This document shows positions 1-11,447 of a DNA stretch of 64,000 nucleotides, one piece after another. Both the position numbers and the translations under genes were made by a program. How positions within the stretch are numbered: position 1 is the stretch's first letter; the number at the start of each line of letters is the position of its first letter. Under the pieces are notes generated by a model. That model was not told the origin of the DNA, did no database searches, and saw nothing but the letters and a program-made list of their open reading frames with translations. Source of the stretch: Ktedonobacterales bacterium (GTDB lineage: Bacteria; Chloroflexota; Ktedonobacteria; Ktedonobacterales; JADMIN01); NCBI GenBank assembly GCA_036557205.1, contig DATBIB010000125.1:132468-196467 (forward strand), in the 5' to 3' direction.

Positions 1-455
1 GGCAGCTTGGCGTGAAGCGGCTCAGGTCGCTGGTGCGACTGCCCTGGCTGGGGCTGGGATGGATGTGTCTGGCGTTCAGACGTTCCTGGCGTGGGAGTAC
101 GGGCGCCCCCTGTATCATGAGGACGTTCGACGAGCTGCTCGGCGGCTGATGCTGGCTCCATGGTAACCGGTTCCGCAGGCACATACCCATTGGCGGAGGC
201 AGACTTATGAGCAGGCGGGGGCAAGGTCGGCGTGTCATCATGTGCCCCGCCATTCAGTACTTCAGCGATGCGCGTATCGAGGCGGCGCGAGAGCGCGCTC
301 ATCCCGACGTCAGCCATTTCGAGCAGCGCCTCGACATCCTGCGCGGTTGCGTCGCGCGGAACGGGAATGCCAATCTCAAGCGTCCGCGTCTGCCCATCCA
401 CGGTAAACGTTACCGTCTGCCGCAGCCAGATATGTCCGGTATCATTCGCATCCAT
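1..455 (-). CDS. hypothetical protein, N-terminal part only (gene runs off window start)
   Basis: Own minus-strand translation: ATG at 455-453 preceded by GGAG, then MDANDTGHIWLRQTVTFTVDGQTRTLEIGIPVPRDATAQDVEALLEMADVGMSALSRRLD..., open to nt 1. Composition looks more natural than the Arg-rich plus-strand ORF 207..515. Confidence 0.45.
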   Translation of the reverse strand, partial: MDANDTGHIWLRQTVTFTVDGQTRTLEIGIPVPRDATAQDVEALLEMADVGMSALSRRLDTRIAEVLNGGAHDDTPTLPPPAHKSASANGYVPAEPVTMEPASAAEQLVERPHDTGGARTPTPGTSERQTHPSQPQPGQSHQRPEPLHAKL

Positions 456-705
456 AAAATCTCCACCGCCTCATTCATCGCTCCGCCCGCTCGCCTCGAT
501 GGAACGTTGTGGTGACACCGTATTATACGCCATGCCGCCTAACCCAGTCTGATGAATGAGAGAACGAACCAGCCGCACTGAATGGTCACCAAAGACGGCA
601 AATTCGCCCCCTCGGCGCCGATACATTGCCTCTGGGGCGGACACATGCTATACTCGCGCCAGGCATGTCTGCCAACGCACGGTCTATCAGAGGACGGAGC
701 GAGCA

Positions 706-1107
706 GTGAACGAGAGTATCTCACACCAGGACGGCGCTGTGACAACACTCACGAAGCAAATCTCCGATGCCGATGTGGCGCTCTTCAACCTGGTGACCGG
801 CCTGACGACGGTGACACCCGATCAGATTCCGATTCCGACACAAAGCGCGCGCCAAATCGCCCCGATGGCGATGATCGCTGCCATGCTCGCGGGAGCTGCC
901 GCACAGCATGGGCTGCGTCCTGATACAGTGCGCTTCCTGAGCGAGACCATCCATTTCACCGAGCCAGCGTACACTGATGATACCCTCACCGCGACCGCCC
1001 AGGTGGTAGACCGCGATAATTCCACGCAGTCGGTACGAGTCCTCGCCTACTGTGAGAACCAGGACGGGCGGCGCCTTGCTGAGGGCGAGTTTGTGCTGAG
1101 CGACTAG
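706..1107 (+). CDS. hotdog-fold protein (MaoC-like dehydratase/thioesterase superfamily)
   Basis: ORF 556..1107. The likely start is GTG 706 (VNESISHQDG...). Size and pattern (ISDADVALFNLVTG ... TLTATAQVVDRD ... VRVLAYCENQDGRRLAEGEFVL) fit a single hotdog domain. The N-terminal part of the long ORF is Arg-rich and looks non-coding. Confidence 0.55.
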   Translation: MNESISHQDGAVTTLTKQISDADVALFNLVTGLTTVTPDQIPIPTQSARQIAPMAMIAAMLAGAAAQHGLRPDTVRFLSETIHFTEPAYTDDTLTATAQVVDRDNSTQSVRVLAYCENQDGRRLAEGEFVLSD

Positions 1108-1198
1108 TCATCGCGCGGCGATCCATTGGACTCGCTCAGTCCTTGGTCAGCAGCATTAACCACATCTTGGCGCCTCTACGTCAATAGACTGAATTTCG

Positions 1199-1227
1199 TT
1201 GACATCCCCCCTGTCGCGCCATATACT
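1199..1227 (+). promoter_or_regulatory. sigma70-like promoter candidate (TTGACA-17-TATACT) upstream of 1357..2091
   Basis: TTGACA at 1199-1204, 17-nt spacer, TATACT at 1222-1227. It sits about 130 nt upstream of the ATG at 1357. Confidence 0.5.
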
Positions 1228-1356
1228 GACCGCGTTTGTGTCATCTTGTCATGGTTTATGCATGTCGAACTGTCATCCCTCTCGTATAGTTCAGTGAGAC
1301 GTTGGGCAGACTGCCCGAATGCAGGAACCAGGCGATAATTCGGAGAAAAACATTCT

Positions 1357-2091
1357 ATGAGCGGCCCAGGGGGTTCGACCACGAAACGGGATCAGCGGCG
1401 CGATGCACGACGCCAGCAGCTACAGCAGCGGCAGCTGATCCGCGAGCGCGAGCGTCAACGCAAGATTCGTAATCAACGGCTGCGGCTGGCAGCAATCATT
1501 GGCGTCCCAATTCTCCTGGTAGCGCTGATTAGCGTCTTGCTGGTCGCTACCCATCAGGGACCATCTCCCTCGTCCTCAACCGGTCTCAGCCCTGCAAGTG
1601 GTCAGACGGTGGATGGCATGCAATGCACAGCCAACGAGCAACTTGTCTTCCACATCCATTCGTATCTGGAAATCTATGCAGACGGTAAGCCAGTGACGGT
1701 ACCCCCTGGCGTCGGTATTGTCGCGCCCGCGGCCTCTGGCGAATCGGCGCTGGCGTCGAACGGGCTGAAGACGTGTCTCTATCCGCTGCACGTTCACGAC
1801 ACTGAGCCGAATATTGTCCACATCGAGTCACCGATCCAGAAGACGTACACCCTCGGCAACTTCTTCGACATCTGGGGGCAGCCACTCAGCGCCACGCAGG
1901 TGATGGGGAACAAGGCCGATAGCACGCACAAGCTGGTCTTCGAGGTATTCGACGCCTCGGGCAAGCTGACCCAGATCACGAGCGATCCGCGCGCTATTGG
2001 GCTGGCGGATCACGAGACGATTGTGATCCTGTACAATAGCCCGAATGTGCAGCCCAAACCATTTACTGACTGGGCCAAATACAACCTCTAG
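1357..2091 (+). CDS. membrane-anchored hypothetical protein (basic N-terminus, one TM helix, extracytoplasmic domain)
   Basis: 244-aa ORF. It has an RQ-rich N-terminus, then the hydrophobic segment LAAIIGVPILLVALISVLLVA, then a globular region with good GC3 codon bias. I do not recognise a family. Confidence 0.6.
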   Translation: MSGPGGSTTKRDQRRDARRQQLQQRQLIRERERQRKIRNQRLRLAAIIGVPILLVALISVLLVATHQGPSPSSSTGLSPASGQTVDGMQCTANEQLVFHIHSYLEIYADGKPVTVPPGVGIVAPAASGESALASNGLKTCLYPLHVHDTEPNIVHIESPIQKTYTLGNFFDIWGQPLSATQVMGNKADSTHKLVFEVFDASGKLTQITSDPRAIGLADHETIVILYNSPNVQPKPFTDWAKYNL

Positions 2092-2186
2092 CGCAGGCAC
2101 AGCGTCAAATTACGAAAGATCCCCCGCCGGAATTACGCTGGCGGGGGATTTCTTCGTGCGCGTGCGGCAGGGAACGGGACAAGTGA

Positions 2187-5057
<2,871 letters not shown>

Positions 5058-5321
5058 CTGCGATACCAGTCTTTCGTCATGCTGATCCTATGTAGCTCTT
5101 CTCGTTGTCTGGGGATGCGACCCGTCCAATTTCCAGCCTATGTGGCCAATGTACACGTAGATGTATACGCATGAGACGCAAAAAATCTCCATCGTCAGGA
5201 CGTCTCATGTCTCCTCATGCCTCTGCCCCGCTCCATCTGGGCGCCACTTCATTATACCATGCGATGCCCGCCACACCGGGTCATTTCCCCCATATTCAGG
5301 ACAGCCCTTGGAGTTGGCACT

Positions 5322-5335
5322 AGACCATTTGTTCC
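5322..5335. promoter_or_regulatory. degenerate SOS-box-like site (aGACC-N4-GTTCc) upstream of dinB
   Basis: GACCATTTGTTC at 5323-5334 differs by one mismatch from GAAC-N4-GTTC. It lies just upstream of TATACT (5344-5349) and about 70 nt before the dinB ORF. Confidence 0.3.
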
Positions 5336-5401
5336 TTATCCGGTATACTACCAGTCAGAGAGGTCATCAGGGCGAATTCACGCCGCCCGAAGAGCCTTGA
5401 G

Positions 5402-6577
5402 TTGGCGAGGGCAACGAACGTGGTGATTCCAGCCGGGGGATTTCGCCGGGTGCTCCATGCTGACCTCGATTGCTTCTTCGCTGCGGTTGAGGAGCTGGAT
5501 AATCCTGCACTGCGGGGCAAGCCGGTCATCGTCGGTGGCGATCCTGACCGGCGCGGGGTGGTCAGCACGGCCAACTATGCCGGCCGCCGCTACGGCATCG
5601 CCAGCGCGATGGCCGCCGCCCATGCGCGCCGTCTGTGTCCCCAGGCCATCTTCCTGCGTCCGCGCTTCGACCGCTATCGCGAGCTCTCCCAGCGCGTGAT
5701 GGCGATTCTCGAAGATTCTGTGCTGGCGCTGGAACAGGTATCGGTTGATGAAGCCTACGGCGAGTTGCCGCCGGGGCTGCCGGGCTGCGAACTCGCGGAC
5801 GCGATTGCCCGGCGCATCAAACGGCGGGTGCTTGATGAGACTGGACTCGTCATCTCGATTGGCGTCGGTCGCAACAAATCGATTGCCAAGCTTGCCAGCG
5901 ACGCCTCGAAGCCGGACGGCTGCCTGGTGATCCGGCCCGGCGCTGAAGATGAGTTTCTGCGCCCCTTGCCGGTAGGCAGGCTCAACGGCGTCGGGCCTCA
6001 TACCCGCGAGCGGCTGGAACGCCTGGGGTTACGGACGGTCGGCGATCTGGCTGCGCGCGAACTGCGCGAGTTGGAGGCGCTCTTCGGTAAGCATGGCGTC
6101 TGGCTCTGGCGGCTGGCGCGAGGCGAGGATGACCGGCCCGTCGAGACGGAGCGCGAACCACCCAAGAGCATCTCGCACGAAAACACGTACGAACGCGATA
6201 TCGCCGATGTCGAGCGCGCCGTCGACCATCTGCGCGAACTGGCGCAGGCGGTGGCCCGACGCGCCGAGAATAAGGGCATGGTGGGCCGGACCATCACGCT
6301 CAAGGTCAAGTGGTCCAACTTTCAGATCGTCACGCGCCAGCAGCCACTGGCCACGCCGACCGCGCAGGCGACCCCGCTGGCCGACGCCGCGGAGGCGCTG
6401 CTGCGGGAGGAGATCGCGCCGCTCCTCGACGGCCCGCGGGCCATCCGGCTGCTCGGGCTAGCGCTCAGCGGACTCAGCCCGGTCAACAGCGTGACGGATG
6501 TCGCCCACCCGTCGCGCTACATCCACGGATGGGTGCAGCCGTCACTCTGGGAGCGCATGGTGGGACTGGCGGGATAA
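5402..6577 (+). CDS. dinB: DNA polymerase IV (Y-family translesion polymerase)
   Basis: LHADLDCFFAAVEELDNPALRGKPVIVGG matches the DinB N-terminal catalytic motif, followed by SIGVGRNKSIAKLASD and a little-finger region. The true start may be an internal GTG (5420 or 5450). Confidence 0.9.
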   Translation: MARATNVVIPAGGFRRVLHADLDCFFAAVEELDNPALRGKPVIVGGDPDRRGVVSTANYAGRRYGIASAMAAAHARRLCPQAIFLRPRFDRYRELSQRVMAILEDSVLALEQVSVDEAYGELPPGLPGCELADAIARRIKRRVLDETGLVISIGVGRNKSIAKLASDASKPDGCLVIRPGAEDEFLRPLPVGRLNGVGPHTRERLERLGLRTVGDLAARELRELEALFGKHGVWLWRLARGEDDRPVETEREPPKSISHENTYERDIADVERAVDHLRELAQAVARRAENKGMVGRTITLKVKWSNFQIVTRQQPLATPTAQATPLADAAEALLREEIAPLLDGPRAIRLLGLALSGLSPVNSVTDVAHPSRYIHGWVQPSLWERMVGLAG

Positions 6578-6683
6578 GTGGCGCTTGCCACGCCCTGCCT
6601 GGCGTGGGATACTCCATGGCGGCGCTAACCACAACCGACTGCTACAACCACCCCACCCAATCTTGTTTGGAAGGAGCCTGTCT

Positions 6684-7226
6684 GTGTCCGAGTCGAAGAG
6701 TCCGCTGCTGCGGGGAGAGCGCGTCGACCTGCGCGCGATTGAGGAGTCGGATTATCCAGTGTTGCATCGGTGGTCCAACGATCCCGCGGTGGTCGGAGAC
6801 TACGATATCCTCAGGCCGGTCTCGCTCGACGACATTCGCCGCCGCTATCGCGATAACCGCGCGCTGACGGCGGATGGGGGCGCGCTGCTGATTGTCCGCA
6901 AAGACGGCGTTCCCGTCGGGACGATGAGCTGCCATCCGGTCTCGTACGGCGTCTATTCGCCCGCCTTCAATATCGGCATCGAGATCGAGCCGGAACAGCG
7001 CGGCCAGGGCTTTGGCAGTGAGGCGCAGCGGCTCTTCGCCGACTACCTGCTGACTACATTTCCAGTAGGCCGGGTAGAGGCGAGCACCGATATCGAGAAT
7101 GTCCCGGAGCAGCGGGCGCTCGAACGGGCCAGATTCACCCGCGAGGGCGTGGCGCGCTCGGCGGCCTGGCGCGGCGGACGCTGGCACGACATGATAGTCT
7201 ACAGCCGCGTCCATGGAGATGAGTGA
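6684..7226 (+). CDS. GNAT family N-acetyltransferase (RimJ/RimL-like)
   Basis: GTG 6684 is preceded by AAGGAG. LRAIEESDYPVLHRWSNDP ... EPEQRGQGFGSEA ... NVPEQRALERARFTREG is a typical GNAT core. The upstream part of ORF 6498.. overlaps the dinB end and looks non-coding. Confidence 0.8.
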   Translation: MSESKSPLLRGERVDLRAIEESDYPVLHRWSNDPAVVGDYDILRPVSLDDIRRRYRDNRALTADGGALLIVRKDGVPVGTMSCHPVSYGVYSPAFNIGIEIEPEQRGQGFGSEAQRLFADYLLTTFPVGRVEASTDIENVPEQRALERARFTREGVARSAAWRGGRWHDMIVYSRVHGDE

Positions 7227-7307
7227 CGACAAACCGCTTCAAGATGTCTCTATCATTTGCTGCTGGCGCACTTCTCAACGTGAGGGGCCAGGGAGAGCGC
7301 TCGAAGA

Positions 7308-7778
7308 ATGCCTACCATTCACCTCGAAACGTTGATTGCCGCGTCGCCAGAGCGGTGTTTCGATCTCTCGCTCAACGTTGACCTCCATCGCCACTCGGTG
7401 GCGCATACCCACGAACGCCCGATTGCTGGCGTGACCAGCGGCGTCATGCGCCTGGGGGATACTGTGACGTGGGAAGCGGTCCATTTTGGCGTCAAGCAGC
7501 ATCTCACCACCGAGATCACGGCATATGATCGCCCCCATTACTTTGTCGATGAGATGATCCGGGGCATTTTTCAGGAACTGAAGCATCACCATGCCTTCAT
7601 TCCCCAACCACCGGGAACGCTCATGATTGATACCTTCACGTTCCAGTCTCCATTAGGGATCCTTGGCAGGGTGGCTGACGCGCTGGTCCTCACGCGCTAC
7701 ATGCGGGGACTCCTGCTCACGAGGAATCGGTATCTGAAGCAGGAGGCAGAGTCCGATTCCGTACAAAGCATCTCCTGA
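7308..7778 (+). CDS. SRPBCC (START/cyclase-dehydrase-like) family protein
   Basis: 156 aa. The N-terminal IHLETLIAASPERCFDLSLNVDLH and the overall size are typical of SRPBCC ligand-binding proteins. Confidence 0.7.
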   Translation: MPTIHLETLIAASPERCFDLSLNVDLHRHSVAHTHERPIAGVTSGVMRLGDTVTWEAVHFGVKQHLTTEITAYDRPHYFVDEMIRGIFQELKHHHAFIPQPPGTLMIDTFTFQSPLGILGRVADALVLTRYMRGLLLTRNRYLKQEAESDSVQSIS

Positions 7779-7811
7779 CCTCACCTACAAGGAGGAGGGA
7801 GCCGGAGACGA

Positions 7812-8996
7812 TCAATCTTCTGTCAACCCAATCTCGCCCACGAAGCTGTGGCCGTTGGCCAGCGGCGGGAGACCGAACGCCTCGGCGAGCGTCGCGCCCA
7901 GGTCAGCGAAGCTCTCGCGCGCGCCCAGATTGACGCCCGGACGGATGGGCTTGCCGACGGCCAGCAGCGGCACACTCTCGCGGGTGTGGTCGGTGCCGCG
8001 CCAGGTCGGATCGGTGCCGTGGTCGCCGGTGATGAAGAGCGCGTCGCCATCTCCCAGCTGCGCCAGCGCGGATGGCAGCCAGGCATCGAAGATCCGCAGC
8101 GCCTCGGCGTAGCCCCGCGGATTGCGGCGATGGCCAAAGTTCTGATCGCACTCGACCAGATTGACGAAGAGCAGGCCATCGAAGGGCCGTGCGAGCTGCT
8201 CCAGCGTCGCCTCCTGCGCCTCGGCGTTGGTGGCGGTGTGGTTGCTGGAGGTGAGACCATGCCCGGCGAAGAGGTCTTCTATCTTGCCGACGCCGACGAC
8301 CTCGCGCCCGCTGCCTTTGAGCGCATCGAGCAGGGTCGGCGCGGGCGGCGGCAGTGAGAAGTCGTGGCGGCGTGGCGTCCGCACAAAGGCGCCTGGGACG
8401 CCCGTGAAGGGGCGAGCGATGACACGCCCCACCGCATCCTGGCCGGTCAGCAGGCCGCGCGCGATCTCGCACATGCGGTAGAGGTCGGGGACAGGGATAA
8501 CCTCTTCGTGGGCGGCAAGCTGGAAGACGCTATCGGCGGAGGTGTAGAGGATCGGCGAACCGGTGCGCAGGTGCTCCGCGCCCAATTCTTCGAGAATCGC
8601 CGTGCCGGAGGCGGCCTTATTGCCAAGCACGGGGCGGCCAATCGCGGCCTCGTACCGCGCGACCAGCTCGGCGGGGAAGCCATTGGGGTACGTCGGCAGC
8701 GGATGATCGAGGACGATGCCCATCAGCTCCCAGTGTCCTGTTGTGCTGTCCTTGCCCGCCGAGCGCTCGATCAGGCGGCCGCACGCGCCCAGCGGCGACT
8801 GTGGCGGCGTGCCAGCGATCTCGGTCAGGTTGCCCAGGCCAAGGCTGCCCAGCGTCGGCAGCGCCAACCCGCCCACGGCCCGGGCGCAGTTGGCCAGGCA
8901 GTTCGCGCCCTCATCGCCATAGGCCGCCGCATCGGGCGCCTGCCCGACGCCGACACCATCGAGGACGATCACGATTGCCCGTGTAAGTCTGCCCAT
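7812..8996 (-). CDS. deoB: phosphopentomutase
   Basis: 394 aa. IVLDGVGVGQAPDAAAYGDEGAN, TGHWELMG, GNKAASGT and TGDHGTDPT..GTDHTRE are signature DeoB motifs. Confidence 0.9.
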   Translation of the reverse strand: MGRLTRAIVIVLDGVGVGQAPDAAAYGDEGANCLANCARAVGGLALPTLGSLGLGNLTEIAGTPPQSPLGACGRLIERSAGKDSTTGHWELMGIVLDHPLPTYPNGFPAELVARYEAAIGRPVLGNKAASGTAILEELGAEHLRTGSPILYTSADSVFQLAAHEEVIPVPDLYRMCEIARGLLTGQDAVGRVIARPFTGVPGAFVRTPRRHDFSLPPPAPTLLDALKGSGREVVGVGKIEDLFAGHGLTSSNHTATNAEAQEATLEQLARPFDGLLFVNLVECDQNFGHRRNPRGYAEALRIFDAWLPSALAQLGDGDALFITGDHGTDPTWRGTDHTRESVPLLAVGKPIRPGVNLGARESFADLGATLAEAFGLPPLANGHSFVGEIGLTED

Positions 8997-9111
8997 GAGT
9001 GCACCCCCTGAAATCGCCGCTGTTTTTCGCCTGCGCCTATTGTACCCCAGCCTGCTGGCGAGATGCGACAGGTGAATATTAAGCGAATTGGAAATAAAAT
9101 CAATTTGACTA

Positions 9112-9140
9112 TTGACTTTATTAATCTTCCATGGTATAAA
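9112..9140 (+). promoter_or_regulatory. strong sigma70-like promoter (TTGACT-17-TGgTATAAA) in an AT-rich island between divergent deoB and a small ORF
   Basis: TTGACT at 9112-9117, 17-nt spacer including an extended TGn, TATAAA at 9135-9140. The opposite strand carries TTGATT (9103-9098)-16-TAATAT (9081-9076), facing deoB. Confidence 0.55.
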
Positions 9141-9217
9141 CTTCGTATCCCAGTCATGTGGTGGCAGTTCACCCGGTCGGCGAGTTGGCTGACCGGCCCA
9201 TATCGGAGGAGTGACCC

Positions 9218-9421
9218 ATGTTTGACCCCAATCTCATGATCGAGTCAACCCACGAACAGCAGCGCAAGATTGACCGCAACGCCGAGCTCGCCCGGATGAT
9301 GGAGGAGGGCCGCGAGCCCCAACCAGCCCTGCCGGAGCGCGTGCTGCTGGCGGTCGCCGATGTCTTGATCGCCGCTGGCGAGCGCATGCGCGAGGGACAT
9401 CCCGTGCCCGCGCACCAGTAG
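9218..9421 (+). CDS. small hypothetical protein (67 aa) with a C-terminal hydrophobic helix
   Basis: ATG is preceded by GGAGGAG. GC3-rich codons give MFDPNLMIESTHEQQRKIDRNAELARMMEEGREPQPALPERVLLAVADVLIAAGERM.... It lies downstream of the 9112-9140 promoter. Confidence 0.55.
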   Translation: MFDPNLMIESTHEQQRKIDRNAELARMMEEGREPQPALPERVLLAVADVLIAAGERMREGHPVPAHQ

Positions 9422-9507
9422 CCCACCGCACGCCCCATCGCACAGAAGCCCATTCCAGCGCCCTTCGTCCCTCGTGGAGAAGGGCATTGTTGTCTCTGAG
9501 TCGACCA

Positions 9508-9550
9508 CCCTCTCCCCCAGCCCCTCCCCTAAAAGGGAGGGGAGCCAGAG
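9508..9550. repeat. G-rich hairpin repeat, module A (forward)
   Basis: CCCTCTCCCCCAGCCCCTCCCCTAAAAGGGAGGGGAGCCAGAG. The inner stem is CCCCTCCC/GGGAGGGG. Confidence 0.9.
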
Positions 9551-9680
9551 CGTATGAGACGCAACTGAGATGCATAGCAGTTGCCTGGAGTGGGTGAGGA
9601 ACGGTATAGTCCTTCGCAGAACTCATCGGTTTTGTTCGGCTTTGCTCGACGTAGCGAACTGCTATTCCGCGGAGGCTTTT

Positions 9681-10085
9681 GTGCTCACAACGCTCATCAA
9701 GATTCATGAGGACACGGCGCCAGTGATTCTGGCGGCTGGCGGGATTACGCTGATCTGGGGGATCGTGACGCTCATCCTGGCGCGTGGCCGCGCGTCGGGG
9801 CAGGGCGGCGTCTGGCAGCCACTGCGCGTCTTCCGCATCCTGCTCTCGATCACGGCGGCGCTGGGGCTACTTCAGGCGATCCTGGGCGGTCTGGTGTGGA
9901 TTCAAGGCGCGCGCCCGGGCGAGGGGCTGCACTACGTCTACGGCGCTATCGTCCTGCTGGCGATCCCGGTGGCGTACGTCTATAGCGACCAGCAGCAGGT
10001 GCGTCGCGATATCATCATCATGGTGATCGCGGTCGTCGCGGTGGTGGGCGCCGCCGTCCGCGCGCTGATGACCGGGCAGCCGTAG
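9681..10085 (+). CDS. small integral membrane protein (about 4 TM helices)
   Basis: GTG 9681 is preceded by GGAGG. VLTTLIKIHEDTAPVILAAGGITLIWGIVTLILA... has four hydrophobic segments. The upstream part of ORF 9570.. overlaps a repeat and is probably not coding. Confidence 0.55.
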   Translation: MLTTLIKIHEDTAPVILAAGGITLIWGIVTLILARGRASGQGGVWQPLRVFRILLSITAALGLLQAILGGLVWIQGARPGEGLHYVYGAIVLLAIPVAYVYSDQQQVRRDIIIMVIAVVAVVGAAVRALMTGQP

Positions 10086-10096
10086 ACCTCACCACC

Positions 10097-10217
10097 GCCC
10101 TCTCCCCCTAGCCCCCGGCCTGCGGGCCGCTGGCGCTGCGCGCGCTGGACGCGCGCTCCGAGCCTATCGGCTCGCGCACCAGCCCCCTAAAGAGGGAGGG
10201 GGGGACCAGAGAACCAG
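10097..10217. repeat. G-rich hairpin repeat, composite copy with a GC-rich insert
   Basis: GCCCTCTCCCCCTAGCCCCC, about 65 nt of insert, then CCCCCTAAAGAGGGAGGGGGGGACCAGAGAACCAG. It starts 11 nt after the stop at 10085 and ends 9 nt before the stop at 10227 of a convergent gene. Confidence 0.8.
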
Positions 10218-10226
10218 ACGGCAGCG

Positions 10227-11216
10227 CTACATCTGGCTGACGGTGATGTCGCCGCTATCGACCCGAATGTGGATGGCGCCGACCGTCTCCGCACCCAGCG
10301 GACCCTCCGCGTCCTCGCCCAGGCTGTTGATGCGCGTGGTCTGCATTGGCCAGCCGCTGACGTGGATGGCGCCGAGGTTGGTGTGGGCGTCGAGCCGGGC
10401 GGCGGTGTCCGCGGGCAACTGGAGGTTCACGTCGCCCGTGCTGACCGAGATATCCACCGAGGCGTTCGCCATCACCTCGCCCTGCATCGTCACGGAACCG
10501 GTCGTCATGTGAAGCCGTGAGCCGTCGGCGAGCGCCACGTCTTGTAACGTGATGTCTCCCGCTCCCCCCGTGACCTCCATCAGCCCGCCGATGCCGTTGA
10601 GCTGGATGTCTCCGGCGGTGATATCGGCGGCGATGGCGGTGTTGGGCGGCACGGTGAGCACCAGGTTGACACTGCTGGAGCTGGCGAAGAGGCTGCCAGC
10701 CGGGAATTCAGTGGAGATCGCGATCTGGTCGCCCATCTGCGCGGTGTTTACGGTGATGCCGTCGAGGTCAGCGCGGGCGGCGCTCTGTGACGTATCGCGG
10801 GCGCTCTTGGTGACCTGGACGCTGACGACGCCCGCTGGCCCCGGCTGCACCTGGAGGCGGCCCGAAGCGTTCTGGATGTTTAGCGACGGCATCGCGTTGA
10901 CGACGAACGACTGGGTGGTCGTCGTGGTGGCGGTGACCTCGTTGGCCAGCTTGAGCGCAATACCCACCACCAGCCCGCCGACGAGCGCGCAGGCCAGGAG
11001 CGCGAGCAGCAGGACGCCGAGCACGCAGCCAATGAGCCAGACGAACCAGCGCGGGCCGCGGCGGCGCGGACGGCGACGGATTGGCTGGAGCGGACGCGAC
11101 GGATCTACCGGAGCAGCGGACCGAGCCTCTACCTGTGCCGTATGTGCCGTGCTGTGATTCGGGACCGGCGCGTCGTGACCCATGCGTGTTGCCCCCTGCC
11201 GACCGCGCGAAAGCAC
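10227..11216 (-). CDS. DUF4097-like (putative adhesin beta-helix) membrane-anchored protein
   Basis: N-terminal TM segment WFVWLIGCVLGVLLLALLACALVGGLVVGIAL, then repetitive beta-strand units with GDI motifs (GDITLQDV, GDIQLNGI, GDVNLQL, GDITVSQ). The start may be Met at 11183. Confidence 0.7.
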   Translation of the reverse strand: MLSRGRQGATRMGHDAPVPNHSTAHTAQVEARSAAPVDPSRPLQPIRRRPRRRGPRWFVWLIGCVLGVLLLALLACALVGGLVVGIALKLANEVTATTTTTQSFVVNAMPSLNIQNASGRLQVQPGPAGVVSVQVTKSARDTSQSAARADLDGITVNTAQMGDQIAISTEFPAGSLFASSSSVNLVLTVPPNTAIAADITAGDIQLNGIGGLMEVTGGAGDITLQDVALADGSRLHMTTGSVTMQGEVMANASVDISVSTGDVNLQLPADTAARLDAHTNLGAIHVSGWPMQTTRINSLGEDAEGPLGAETVGAIHIRVDSGDITVSQM

Positions 11217-11447
11217 AGCCTGCCAGCACAGTACATTGAACGATAGAAACCGAGAAACCGGGAATCATGGGCAGCCAGGCGGCATACTCATCACCCCTCA
11301 TGCTCGCCATGAACTACGCGACGGGTATCGCCAGAGTTGTACCAATGGGAGGCGCGGAGGGTGCGAATCGCGATTGCTGGCGTCCTATGCGATACTATCA
11401 GAGCGTGGAAGAGGAGCGGCAGGCGGCGACGAGAAACTGAGGCGGGC

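Noticed and set aside
207-552. Plus-strand ORFs 207..515 and 232..552
   Set aside because: The peptides are Arg/Ser-rich and implausible. The minus strand over the same region gives a natural-looking protein with a GGAG-ATG start at 455, so the plus-strand ORFs are probably its antisense shadow.
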